The translations under genes were made by a program, and so were the position numbers. Under the pieces are notes generated by a model. It was not told the DNA's origin, ran no database searches, and worked only from the letters and a program-made list of their open reading frames with translations. Shown piece after piece: positions 1-12,585 of a stretch of 64,000 nt of DNA. Each line of letters begins with the position of its first letter. Within the stretch, counting starts at the first letter, position 1. Origin of the DNA: Zygnema circumcarinatum SAG 698-1b (taxonomy: Eukaryota > Plantae > Zygnematophyceae); NCBI GenBank assembly GCA_037447605.1, contig CM074821.1:1426001-1490000 (forward strand), in the 5' to 3' direction.

Positions 1-76
1 TCCACTGCGATGGAACGGACTGAGCTCAGAATTGCAGACAGGAGCTACCCTGGAGGACCATACATACATACATATA

Positions 77-108
<32 letters not shown>

Positions 109-948
109 AGACGAAGAATAAATAAAAGAAGAAGTAGAATTAATAGGAGCTAACTTTCAGAAGCAAGACTAAATGTGATCTGTGTTGACAATCGCCACTC
201 CACCTTCAGTTCATGTAAGCAAAGAAAAAGCCATAAAACTCCTGTTACTAGATCCAACAGCATTTTCTATTCATCACTGCCATGAAAGAAATTTGTCTGG
301 CTGGCAGCTCTTGAAGAGGGCACGGACTCCCAAATCAGAATCGGTAATGCCTTGCACACACGCCTACCTTACAGAATAACTTATTTTCTGTAAGCCATGT
401 CTGTGAAAAAAGGTACGAGAGGATGTTCAGAGCATAGAGCTGCAAGATCGTCCACCGAAAAGGCAAAAAGGCATCCATGTTATTATTTGTTTGAGCAACA
501 ATCCAAAACGAGCTTCTCAACGGCTTGCTCTCTCCGCACTTCCCCTACCATTGGACTCACCTTTTTCCGCTACCGCTTTTGAGAAACTGTCAATGTGCGA
601 ATGTGAGTGTATGGCCTCACAGACTACAGGTGTGAGAGGGAAAGTAAGGGCTTGACGAAATGTTGCAAGAGCAAAGCCTCTCAGAGAGCTTAAAAGTGCT
701 CCCTCTCTCCCTACCTCCCTCCCCCTCTCTCTCCCTCTCTCTTTCTCCCCCCTCTCTCGCCCTCCTCGAACTCTGCAGCGACCGGGCACAGCACCGTCGC
801 AGTAAGTGGCCTGCATTGAGCATTGCCCAATTGAGGCCACGTAAGCGCAAGTCTACACGTGGCGAGTCGCCATTGGTAAAAACAATTGATCAATGGCGCG
901 GGAAAGTTTCGCTTGCCGCCGCCGCTGGAATTGGAGCTGGCTGCTGCT

Positions 949-994
<46 letters not shown>

Positions 995-1253
995 AACGCG
1001 TGGGTCATTTTGAGGTGGTGCTTTTGGGAAAAAATTCTTGAGAAAGGCGCTAAAGTAGGAGAACATTCTTCAATATTTACGAAATTGGCAGGGCATAAAC
1101 AGTATACTGCCGTAAACGTCACTTCACTCAACAATCGCTGAAAAGTGCACAAAGATAGATAAGGGGGAATAGGAGAGTAAGCCTCTTTAAGAAATCCTCT
1201 ACTTTACCATCAATGTCTTTCAAAAGCTAATTGCTGTCAGTGTCCCCCATCAC

Positions 1254-2348
1254 CTTTGTGAATAAGTGTCAAGCAACCAGCAGCTTCGGTAGGGTGAGAA
1301 TAGACCTCGCGCAGGCGATCAAGAGAGAGAGGAACCACAAAAGGCGAGGCACAATCTGCATTGTTCTTTATGAAGTTAAAACTGCAGAATTGTCAACCAT
1401 CGTCTCGTTTTGAAGCTCTATTCTCACACACGAGAATCACAAATGCAGGAAAATACATACAGAAGATGAAACACACGAAAAAACGAGAATACGAACGAAG
1501 AGTACAAAGCGGATCATCAGGCGAGGAGAGCAGGAAGCAAACAGACAGGTTGAGATGCACATATTTTTGATCCTCTTGCCAACATCGTCCTCAGGGTTGA
1601 GGCGGCAGATAATAAACTCCACTATACATCAGAATACGTTTCCAGAGACTATTAAAAACGAAAATTTAAAACCAGCATCATCACCGTCGATCGTCACATT
1701 ATCTGTCCGATTACATTTCCAATTACATTGACGAATGCGCAGGGAGCAGAACTCTCTTACGGTATACCCAATGGATCCGTCCCCTTGAAATGAACAATGT
1801 CGATGTAATCATACGTTTCAGCATGCAGCGTGACAGCTGGTGACAGATGGCATGTCTTTTTCTCAATACGTCCTGATGTGTAATACGTAAATTATGGTGT
1901 ACGTTAGGTCCCTTGAAAAGGGATCATCAATCTACTGATTGTTGTTGAAATTTGCAGGAGGGGAGGAAACGGAGAGTTCGGAGGAGAGGAAGCCTCTTCA
2001 AAAGGTGCTCCTCCTCCTTAGCATCATTGTCGTGCAAAAATTGATTGCTGTTAGTAATGCATCTTCTCGTCCCTCGTCACCTTTGTGAATAAGTGTCAAG
2101 CAACCAGCAGCTTCAGTAGGGTGAGAATAGACAGCGATGCCTTGGACGTTGCTAGGGCATCGCTCGCCTTTGCATAAGGTACAAACTAACGCAGACACCT
2201 TTCCATGTCACCATTACGATGGTGAACAAATCATCAGTTTTTAATTCTGCTTTGGGCCGTAAAGTAAACTTTGCAGGGCTTTGCAGACAGGTTACAGGAG
2301 CAGGTAGAAAGTCGATGGTGTTGAAATAATCAATCACTTCTTTCATTT
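1254..2348 (-). pseudogene. Spliced gene of unknown function with an in-frame TGA (pseudogene or readthrough candidate); inferred exons 2348-2199, 1872-1761, 1648-1493, 1381-1254
   Basis: Four consecutive GT-AG-bounded segments join in consistent phase (...FTIVMVTWK|GRIEKKTCHLSPAVTLH...GTDPLGIP|LWKRILMYSGVYYLPPQP*GRCWQEDQK...|SFNFIKNNADC...GCLTLIHK). TGA at 1593-1591. About 55 bp of the last exon is duplicated at ~2077-2131 in the first intron. No homolog recognised. Confidence 0.35.
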
Positions 2349-3006
2349 CTTAGGTCTTTACTCCACATAATCTAAAATACTCGCTTTCTTTTTTTTTTCC
2401 TTTACTTCTTGCTGAGATATTGCAACACATTGATAAACACATTGGGATGTTCGGCAGCAAGTGTCAAACATATATCTATCAATTGATATCAATATATATC
2501 TATTGTATCTTTCAATTCAACATATACGACCCTGAATATTATAAAAAGCTTTCTGTATCCTTACTCTTGCATTTGGTTGCGTTATAGGGTGCTCCAAAAG
2601 GATTTTTAAAGTGAAATTGCAGCTTACATCCAACCATTCCTTTATGAAGTGTTAAGGAAACATAAATCACATCAGATTTTGCATGACAGCCTCTCGTCAT
2701 AACATGTCGATTTCATAATGGAAGCAAACTCTTGAAGATATGACTGAATACTGTAACCAGCCATCAAATGTAAGGCCCGCCACAGTGCAAGCATTTTGAA
2801 GGAATACCTGCAGACAAGCAGCACAGAGCAGTTTTTTTCAAATGTTTTCTTAAAAAAGACCACGAATGTACGCCATACTCCGTTTACCGTCCATAGGAAA
2901 CCGCTCTGAAGTTAAGCGTGCCGCAGCGTCAGGGAGAGGCCCCGTGACTTCATCGAGCTGCATCTTTGCACAGGTCCAGGCGTTGTCCAATGGTTGCCAA
3001 TGAAAT

Positions 3007-3090
3007 GATCAACCATTGGATCAACCATTGGATCAACCATTGGATCGGGGTTTTTAGGGTTTTAGGGTCAACCATTGGATCAACCATTCC
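3007..3090. repeat. 12-bp tandem repeat GATCAACCATTG (3.3 copies plus 2 more after a TTTAGGG spacer)
   Basis: Read directly from sequence. Confidence 0.85.
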
Positions 3091-3200
3091 GAGCTGTGGA
3101 CGGACATGTACTACCGTACGGTACTATTTGTACGGCTCGTACGCTCAGATTTTCGTACAATGTACAGTTACCCCCCCGGGCGTCTTTGCATTCGACCATT

Positions 3201-3779
3201 AGGGCGTGTCAGACTTAAAAAATTCTCGTAATACTAAAAACTCGATATTCGTAACATTTCGAGTCAACGTCAGTAAAACTAAAATTCCCGAGCCTAGTTT
3301 TTCGCACTCGCGGCGCAGTCCTGTTCGCACTCCGCGATCGCCGTCTTCGCACTTCTCCAAACGCCGTCTTCGCAACTTCGCCCTCGCGCGGGGCCCTCAG
3401 ACTTAGAAACAGCGCCGGCGCGGCGCGCGGAGACCGCTTGTCGTTGTGTCGTGTTGCGCGTCACGGGCGGGCGCGGGCGCGGGCGGGAAGCCGGGAAAAC
3501 AACCATGACGTCACGTTGACGCGATTCTCGCCAGTATTTTCTTCGCACGTCCATTTCGGCGCCTCTTTTGGGTGCGAACAAAATCGTGCGAAGAAATGCA
3601 ATTTCAGTAAACCCCACGGGTCAATCTTCGCAACGTTGACCCGTTGACTTAGTACAGTTGACTTCCGTTCGGTTCGGTTTAGGTTCGGGGGCGCGATGAT
3701 TTTTAGTACTTAGTAACCTCGATTCTCGTAATACTAAAAACTCGATATTCGTAACATTTTGTTAAGTCTGACACGCCCT
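3201..3779. mobile_element. Non-autonomous TIR element (MITE), 579 bp, 3-bp TSD ATT
   Basis: 18-bp perfect TIR AGGGCGTGTCAGACTTAA / TTAAGTCTGACACGCCCT; ATT at 3198-3200 and 3780-3782; identical 38-bp subterminal direct repeat at 3222-3259 and 3722-3759. Confidence 0.85.
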
Positions 3780-4740
3780 ATTGGTATCTTTTCGGTTACT
3801 GAAATTTTTTCAAAAAAAAAAAAGTGCTAAGAAGTCCGCCTTAGACCGGATTCCCATGTTCTGCAAAAGCAACATTTTGACTGCATGGTTAAAAAGGCAA
3901 AAGAGTACTTTCGCTTAAATTATTAAATTAAAGGTTAAACTAAAAATTAAAGTAACGATTAAACTAAAGTTTAGACTAAAGATTCTCAGTTTGTACAAGG
4001 CCTTCCTCTCACAAAGTCGCAGGTCTCCCTCCCAAACCGGCCCTTGCAGTGGACCTGGAAGAAGCCCATCTCCTCCAACACGTCCCGCACTCTGCTCACT
4101 TCACTTCTCACGGTTCCACTGACGCTCTTCTCTAAACTCACAACTATTTGACAAACAGGCGCCTCTCTCCCCCTCTCCCCTCCCTCTCCCCTCCCTCTCC
4201 CCTCCCACTCCCTCTCCCCTCCCACTCCCTCTCCCTCTCCCTCTCCTGTGCTTCCCCTTGGAGGGAGGGAGGCCAGTAGGCCACCCACCCGCGAAGGTAC
4301 AGCGGATAACTCGCATATACCGCCTGCCGTCGATTCAGGGCGGGAGGTCCACACTTCTGGCGCGAGTCTGGCTGCCTGTTTGTTCACACCGACACGGCCT
4401 GCACGGATCGCGATGCGAATCCCGCGAGGGATGACGTACTGTACCAAAGTACCGTACACCACTTTTGGACGGAAAGCTTCAGCCCTTGCGCTTGTGCGCT
4501 CCTTCGGCGAGGTACGGAGCGATGTGCCACCCATTACAGTAGTGCAACTGCGGGCTGCTTCTAGCAAGGGCCTGAAGCGTTGTTGAGCCTAGGCGTAGCT
4601 TTTCGCTCATAGCTTTTCTTTGTCCCTAGGTGCTTTGTGACCAGCTCCTCGTGGTTCTCCACGTGCCATCGCCATCGTGAGTTCAATGCCACATCTTGAC
4701 AAAAAAAAGACTCTCGAATCCAATGGTTCGAACCATCATT

Positions 4741-4899
4741 AGGGGGTGTCAGACTTAAAAAATTTCAGTACGCGTGTTCGTAAGTTTGACATCAGAACGA
4801 GTACTCCAGTATAATCGCGATGCTCCTGCGGCGGAGTACTTTCGTAACCTTTTTTTTCGTAACGCTTTTCGTAAGATTTTGTTAAGTCTGACACCCCCT
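4741..4899. mobile_element. Non-autonomous TIR element (MITE), 159 bp, same family, TSD ATT
   Basis: TIR AGGGGGTGTCAGACTTAA / TTAAGTCTGACACCCCCT; ATT at 4738-4740 and 4900-4902. Confidence 0.85.
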
Positions 4900-5067
4900 A
4901 TTGGCCATCGTTACTTCGGTTTGACGGCAACAGTCGGAACCATTGCAACCCGCGATCCAATGGTTAACAACCATTGCAATTGTTGATCCAAATGGTCCGA
5001 CCTATGCAACATTTCGTCCTCGTCGCCGTGGTCGCGCCAGCCCTGTCCAACAAAAAGGAGTAAATCA

Positions 5068-5140
5068 TGGAGACGCGGGGCATCGATCCCCGTACCTCTC
5101 GCATGCAAAGCGAGCGCTCTACCATATGAGCTACACCCCC
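5068..5140 (-). tRNA. tRNA-Ala(UGC): tRNA-Ala (anticodon UGC), 73 nt, eukaryotic cytosolic type
   Basis: GGGGGTG TA GCTC ATATGGTA GAGC G CTCGC TTTGCAT GCGAG AGGTA CGGGG ATCGATG CCCCG CGTCTCC A; G3:U70 Ala identity pair, A73; T-run downstream. Confidence 0.92.
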
Positions 5141-6061
5141 TTATATAAGATATATATTTCTAAAAAATATTTATTTAAATAAAAAATAAAAATCGACGGC
5201 TCAGATTTTTCGAGCCCTCCTGGGCATTTGCGGGCCGCGTCCTTCGGATCGCCCTTTGAGCCGGCCCTTAGTGGGATCGATCCCCTGAATGGAAAAACGT
5301 GCCACCAATCACAATGTGCCATGTCAGAAACTGTTGCCACGTGACATCATGGGAGTGGTCCATTCCGTCCAGGAAGGCGCTTCCGACCCCGTCCGATCCT
5401 GTGCGCCCCTCCGCGTGGCGCCACGTGGCGCATGGAGTCCCTCCCCGCCGTCCATTATCCGGCGGCCGCTTCTTGTGGCTGGAGGCACTGCGCCCGGGAT
5501 TTGACTGCCCGAAAAAGAAACAAAAAAAAACGAGCTTGAAATTTGTTTTATATTTTTGGGCAGATCGGCGGAAAATAGTCTGAAATTGTTGTTTTTCTCA
5601 AGTGATTTTTCCGGCGGCTCATATTTGCTGTTTGTTTTCATACTTTTTAAAGGAGGGACAGAGATTGAATCCGACAATGAAGGCGGTGGAGAAAGTCGGC
5701 AGGTGAATGTCTGAAATTTTGCTTGTTGAGGGCGTCGAAAATAATTGCTAAGGGTGGTCCATTGGTCAGGTCCAACGGAAATAATGAACGGTAAGACCAG
5801 GAAAGTTATTTGTTATGAAGAGAAAATTTGAATCGTTGTGTAGGGAAAAACATTTTGAAGGGGAAAAAGATGCTCCAGGAAAGGCCAGCCAATCAGCGGC
5901 CGAGGACTCGCCTTCCAGGGGCCCTCTCCTTGCGCTTCTTGGAGCGTGAGAAGCGAGTGAGTGAGAGAGAGAGAGGGAGAGACGGGAGACAGTGAGGCCG
6001 GAAGAGAGAGGGAGGAGAGAAGAGGAAGGAGAGAGAGAGAGAGTGAGAGAGGTCGGACGCC

Positions 6062-9000
6062 ATGGCTTCTGCTACAGCAACAGCGCAGGCTGCGCTCTTG
6101 AAGGTCCGCACAAGAGAAAACAACTCCCATGTCTGCACCCCACTGCATTGCTTTGTCTTTTCCACCTTCTGCAATGTCAAAAGCCGCAGATCGCGCCTTG
6201 TGCTGAACCCCAGGCTTCGAACGAAATTAAAGGCACTCATTTTCGTTGTGGATTCCAGTTTCAGTTTCTGTTTCAACTCCATTTCCATCCTCAATCTCAG
6301 TTTCATTTTCAGCTTCAGTCTCATTTGCAAGTTTATTGACTTACCTTCATCTTCATGTCCTTTACTCAAACCCCGTTCTGCCTCTTGTAAGACTTCTCAA
6401 GGTGTCTCTCTCTCTGTCACTCTGTCTCTCCGTCTCTCTCTCACTGACTCTCTGACTCTCTGTCTCTCTGTCTCTCTGTCTCTCTGTCTCTCTGTCTCTC
6501 TGTCTCTCTGTCTCTGTCTCCTCTGTCTCTCTCTCTCTCTCTCACCCTTGCCTTCTCTCTCTCCCTCCCTCTCTCTCTCATGCCTTGGCAACGACTTACC
6601 CTTCAAACTTTTGATCGGAGGATGGACCCTAACCAAATCCAAAACTCAAACCAACGCCAAGATCAAACCAACCAAACCAAAACCAAAACTGAACCTGAAG
6701 CTCCCTTCCCTTGTGCAGGCCGAGTCCCTGACAGCGACCCGCCATGTGAGCGCGGTCTCCCTTCCGAGCAGCTCCTTCCTCGGCGCCGCCGCCAAGGCGC
6801 CAGCTGGCGCCTCTCTATTGGGCGTCTCCCAGGGCGCAGCACGCGTGGTTTGCCGGGCGGGGTCGGACAAATGGTCCGGTCTCGGGAACGACATCTCGGA
6901 CGACCAGCAAGACATCTCCCGGGGGAAGGGCATGGTGGACTCTCTCTTCCAGGTGCTCCCTCCGCCCTCTCTTCCTCCTCTCAATCTGCTGCCGAGCAGA
7001 CTTCTTGCCTCGCGTTTTGTCTCCGTGTCATGATGAATGAAGCAGGATGCAGGATGCGTTGGGCTTCGCTTGCGGTTTTTGTGTCAGCTGTTCAGATCTA
7101 TGTGGCAGTTTGTAGTTTGATTTTTCGTCTGGCCATGCCTCGGATAGAAGGGTCTGATTAGAGCCTAGTTCTGATTTTCTATTTCAATCTTCGTTTGCGA
7201 GTCTTGTTGTTTGAAGATGCGGTTGTTTGATTGTGAGATGTGAGCTGACGGGAGAGGGCGTAACGCGTGTGTGTGATGCAGGGCGGATGGGGAGATGGTA
7301 CGGCCAATGCCGTCATGTCGAGCTACGATTACGTCAGCCAGGGGCAGCGCAAGTAAGCTAGAATCTGCAGACAGCCTTGTAATGTCATCGCTTCTATGGA
7401 ACTTGTATAGTAAATGTAGCTTTTGTGCAGTTGCTTGTCTAGTGATCGTCGAATCTTGAAAACCTTTCCGGCCATTTTAGTCGATGCTCTTAGTTTTTCA
7501 CTTTTGCTGAGAATTTGCTATGAAGTTTTAATCACTTGGGGTTCTCCTGTATGGGGGTGCAGCCTGGAATGGGATAACACCATGGATGGCTACTACATTG
7601 CGCCTGCCTTCATGGATAAAATTGTTGTTCATCTCGCCAAGAACTTCATGAAGCTGCCCAATATTAAGGTGAGAAGTGGTCCTATGCGAATCACGAGTTT
7701 GCTTGTTCGTGCAGTCTTTTTTTCTCGACTTTTTGCCATTTGAATCACTGGAATGAGTTCATCTTTCGTTTCAGCTCTGCTCTCCATCGGAATCACGGAT
7801 AAAGTGGTAAAATGCTATTATTGCAGGTTCCTTTGATTCTTGGAGTCTGGGGAGGAAAGGGTCAAGGAAAGTCCTTCCAGGCGGAGCTCATTTTCGCAAA
7901 GCTCGGAATCAAGTAAGTCCCTGACCTTGCAACCGAATGCACTCCTTTTGCTTGATGTCCAATCTGCTGTCTTTGATCTCTTGCTGTGTCCGACTTTCTC
8001 TTTTTTCTGCATATGCCCCATGAGAATATCATCCCCTAACCGTTCTGAAAATGGACACTTTCAATGCATGACTTCATGCGCAGCCCCATCACAGTGATCA
8101 TAAGCATGCTGCTGCCCCCTGATTTCCTGCTTCCTAATGTCCTTCTTCCTCCCATCTCTGCATCACTTCATACCCCATGTAGAACAGCAAAACCTCTCTA
8201 CACTCGTGCTGAACTGACCCTTTGAACGCTGAATGCTTACCTTCATGCGCAGTCCCATCACAGTGATCATAAGCATGCTGCTGCCCCCTGATTTCCTGCT
8301 TCCTAATGTCCTTCTTCCTCCCATCTCTGCATCACTTTATGCCCCATGTAGAACAGCAAAACCTTTCTACACTCGTGCTGAACTGACCCTTCGAATGCTG
8401 AATGTTTGCCTGTATGCGCAGCCCCATCATGATGAGCGCGGGTGAGCTCGAGTCTGGCAATGCGGGCGAGCCGGCCAAGCTCATCCGGCAGCGCTACCGC
8501 GAGGCCTCCGACATCATCAAGAAGGGCAAGATGTGCTGCCTCTTCATCAACGACCTCGACGCGGGCGCGGGCCGCATGGGCGGCACAACGCAGTACACGG
8601 TCAACAACCAAATGGTCAACGCCACGCTCATGAACATCGCGGACAACCCCACCAACGTGCAGCTCCCAGGAATGTAAGTACATCTCTCACGTTTCCCTCG
8701 TCCTCTCAATCCCGCTTTTTTCTCTCCGCTCCATCCTTCCTCTCGCGTTCTCTCTACCACTTGCACTTCTTCTCCTGCCTTTCTATCCTCCTCGCCCTCC
8801 CTCTCCCCCCGGCTCTCACTACTCCCTTCTGCTAGAAGTCCCTCATAGACTGTCTCTCTGACCGTCCCTTTTGTCCTCCTTCCCTTTTGTTGCTTGTTCC
8901 CTGTGCATGCCCCTCGCGTGTCTTCACACGCTCCGCTGTCCTAATTTCTTCCCCTGTCCGTCTCAGTCCTTCCTTCTTCCCTCCCCTTCCTCTCCACTTT

Positions 9001-11111
9001 CCCAGTACTTCTCTTTTCTCCCTCATCTTCTCGCTCTGTATCTCCTCCTCTGTTATTCAGCTGGAAGTCCAATCTAGCGTAAAGTCCTTAACTTCCTTGC
9101 TTTTGCCTGCAAGTCCCGCTGAACTTCTCATAGGCTTCTGGGGATGAAGAGTATTCTGCCTCGAAAATAAGGCTTACAATAGGTGTGTAGTCGTTGTCGC
9201 CCTTGTGCAGATACAACAAGGAGGAGATTCCTCGCGTGCCGGTCATTGTGACTGGTAATGACTTCTCCACTCTCTACGCTCCTCTCATCCGTGACGGGCG
9301 CATGGAGAAGTTCTATTGGGCGCCTACCCGCGACGACCGCATTGGGGTGTGCCAGGGCATCTTCCGGCTCGACAACATTCCGGAGGAGGACGTGGTCACC
9401 ATTGTCGACTCCTTCCCCGGCCAGTCCATTGGTCAGTGTCAACCTTTCCTCGTGGTTTTTTTCCCATCAGGTCGGAGTCGTCCTCTGTTGCATGGGTTTC
9501 TTCTCATGCTGCCGTCATCCCTCTGTCACGGTTAGCATTCACTAGTTTTGCACTTAACAAAAAATGGGGGAGGCTATGCTCCTGCCTTTTACAGAATCCC
9601 GAGTCACTCCTTTTTTTTATGTACCATGCTCGGAACTTAGCCAATCCATACCCCACTTCTCATGCAGTTCTTTTCTTGGTCCTGTGATACATGCTGCTAG
9701 GTGGAAGTTCCCGTATGCCACAAATATTTGACCTGTTTTTTGAAGTGACCGTATGCTTCTGTTTCATATTATTTCTCTCTTGCCGCCCATGGCACTAGTC
9801 TTCAGCTTATTTAGCCCATTCATATCTTGTCAGGAGGTCAGAAAGAGTCATACATCATGTTTAAAGAATGAAAGCTTTGGGATGTTGGGGCATTTGAGCT
9901 ATCCTCCCTCGGTGATCAGCTCACGTGATAAAACTTAGATAATTTTGGCAGCTATGCACACAGATGCATGTCTACTGATGTTATTCCCAGAAGTCATTGA
10001 GCATCAAACGTACTCGAACTTTAAAAAAGTCGACATTTTGGTTTTCGATTGTAGTAGTTTACCGCTGAAGTGCAAGCGTTAGTGAGTAGGGGCGGAGCAC
10101 GGACATTATCTGTATTCTCAACACCTCAGCTACTATCGTTCCTTTAGCTACTCTTGCCTTTCTGAAGCTCTGTCAGATGTGAAGCTGTATCCGGAACCTT
10201 GTCCTCCCTTACCCTTCGAAGCCCTAAACCTCACCCTAACGATTACTAGCGGAGGAAACCCCTTCATCCCCCCGAACCCTATCCTTTTCCGACTCTTGAA
10301 CCCCCCATGATCCCCTGCATTAATTCGAATTGTTGTACCAGTTCCCCGTTCATGTCCAAAACTAATCTTATCCCCCCTCTCTTGTCTCAGACTTCTTCGG
10401 AGCACTGCGTGCTCGCGTGTACGACGACGAGGTGCGCAAGTGGGTGGCGGAGATCGGCGTGGAGAACATCGGGAAGAAGCTCGTGAACTCGCGCGAGGGG
10501 CCGCCCTCCTTCGCGCAGCCGCCCATGAACCTGCAGACGCTGCTCATGTACGGCAACATGCTCGTCGCCGAGCAGGAGAATGTCAAACGCGTGCAGCTCG
10601 CTGACAAGTATCTGGAAGGGGCCGAGCTCGGAAATGCCAACGACGACTCCATCAAGCAGGGATCCTTCTTTGGAGATTGTAAGTGGGAAATGTCCGTAGA
10701 AAAAAGGGTAGAAGATGTTGGGGAGTGTTTTTTTTCTCGTATGAACCTCAGACAGAGAGCATTGCAGACCTTTCAACTATGGTCTTTTGTCAACGGAAGT
10801 CGCAGTCGATAATCCCAACGTGGAAATCCCTTTCACTAGAGAAGCTCTCTTTGAACGAGATACCCTACCTGAACCCCAAAACCTGTTCTATTTGTGCAGC
10901 GTATGAGGGAAAAGCTTCGCAACACTTCCCTGTTCCCGTCAAGGAGGGATGCGCCGATCCGAATGCCGTGAACTATGATCCGACGGCTCGCAGCGATGAT
11001 GGGAGCTGCGTGTACGACTTCAACGAGCCTCCTTCCAGACAGCTCGTTTCTGCAAGCAGGTCGAAGGCGCCGGCTGCAAGGGGCAGGGGAAGGGGCCGTG
11101 GAAGGAGGTAG
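6062..11111 (+). CDS. RCA: Rubisco activase, chloroplast precursor, alpha-type (~503 aa); exons 6062-6103, 6719-6952, 7282-7352, 7563-7668, 7827-7912, 8422-8673, 9211-9431, 10391-10678, 10900-11111
   Basis: Phase-consistent GT-AG exons total 1512 nt. Motifs [27 protein letters not shown], Walker [65 protein letters not shown]-terminal EGC...[13 protein letters not shown]. Exon 1 donor is weak (GTCCGC). Confidence 0.95.
8072..8429 (+). repeat. 169-bp tandem repeat (2 full units plus a partial third) spanning the 3' end of RCA intron 5
   Basis: ATGCGCAG(C/T)CCCATCA recurs at 8076, 8245 and 8414 with near-identical sequence between. Confidence 0.9.
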
Positions 11112-12585
11112 AGTCTGAGTAAAATTAGGGTTTGAGAGAACGGTATCAGTTTTAAAGCAACTGTTTTGATGGGCTTCAAGGGGAGCAAGGATGTGGGAGA
11201 TGCTTGCGGACGGTAGGAGACATATTGAGGGGATAGGGAGGGCGAAGAGAGGGCTAGAGAGAGTGAGGGGGGAGAGGAGTATGTGAGCCGATGCTGATAC
11301 TCGAACTAGTTTCGTAGATAAGGATTGGTTCTGGTTGACACGGCTGACATCTCTCAGAGAGAAGAAAAAAGGAAAGTTAGTCTTAGAAATGGTCACTTAT
11401 ATGTAGTTCGCTGTTGGCAAAAATGAGTTTGTGACGAAACTGGACAACGGAAAGGAGAACTGAAAAAAAATTAGCAGTGGGTTTTTCCTTTTCTGCGTAA
11501 GACCTATTTCTGCTGCAGGTTCCACCTCGAGGATCTTCCTGGCAGTGAAACTTCCTGGAAGGTGCAGGAGCCTGATCAGTTTTCACAAGGTGAAAAGAAG
11601 TTCGATGTTCTCGTAGAATTCTTTAATGATATGCAACGGCTCTATCTGCCGGTTCACCATATATGTGACACTGGCTAACATGTTTGGTCACTGATGGCAT
11701 GGCGTGTGAGTGCAATGCGGGCAATGGGCTACAAGTAATTCAGATAAAAGATAAAAGTTGTCGGCGCTTTATTTCTTTAAGTAGTTTATTGATAATTTCG
11801 TAGACGTAAAGAAGAGAAATGCGTATGAAGTATTTGTTTCAAAGATCGTCCTTTTACGTCGACTTATCCAGAGAAAGACAGCACAGATATCAGCTAATGC
11901 GGGAAATTTCTGCACCAAAATAACTGAATGTGGAATTGGGATTTACAGCGTGAACGTCTCTTTGAGTACATACGTTGGTTCAATGGCTGGCGAAAAAACA
12001 TTGCCTCAAAAAGAATGCATGCGTGCAAGCTAAACCTTTTGGGGTCCGCCTGTCTTTTGGCGCAGAGACAGAGGTCCAAAAGTGGGTCCATTCGCCACCA
12101 TGTCCGACTGTATTCGGTGTTGAAATCTGCGATTGAAAATTTTCTTGATCCAAAAGCCATAAATTGTCCTCCGTTTGAGGGAGGGAGGGAGGGAGGGAGG
12201 GTAAAGTTGCTCGTTTGGCTTATGTTTGGCTTGACATGGCATCTCCCTCAGTTCCTCCCCTCCCCTCCCCTCACTGCTCTCCCTCCCCTCCCCTCCCCTC
12301 CCCTCTCTCCCTCCCTCCCTTTCCATTGCGAGCAGAAGTGGAGCATTTTCCAGTTGTACAGTTGTGGTGACTGGCCATGCGAAGGGGCCCGCCATAGCAA
12401 AAAAATCCTTTCTTATAGACCCTAGGTTCGTAAACCTACTACACCCCTATAGCCTAAATCTGCCTCCACAACGACAATTCCAAGCAGTGTGAACATCTTC
12501 AGTTGGGTAAATTTTCGAGATATTTCCAATCCTGGATCCCACAGGAAAGGGCATGCGCTCCTTTTGGGAACTAGAGGCTAGATAT

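Noticed and set aside
190-1150. Additional minus-strand exon candidates (623-561, ~345-266, ~1138)
   Set aside because: 623-561 fits the phase of the 1254-2348 model, but the other junctions hit stops or weak acceptors; no unique model
3986-4567. 193-aa minus-strand ORF, possibly two exons (donor ~4313, acceptor ~4146)
   Set aside because: No recognisable family, lies between two MITEs, non-ATG start in the track; insufficient support
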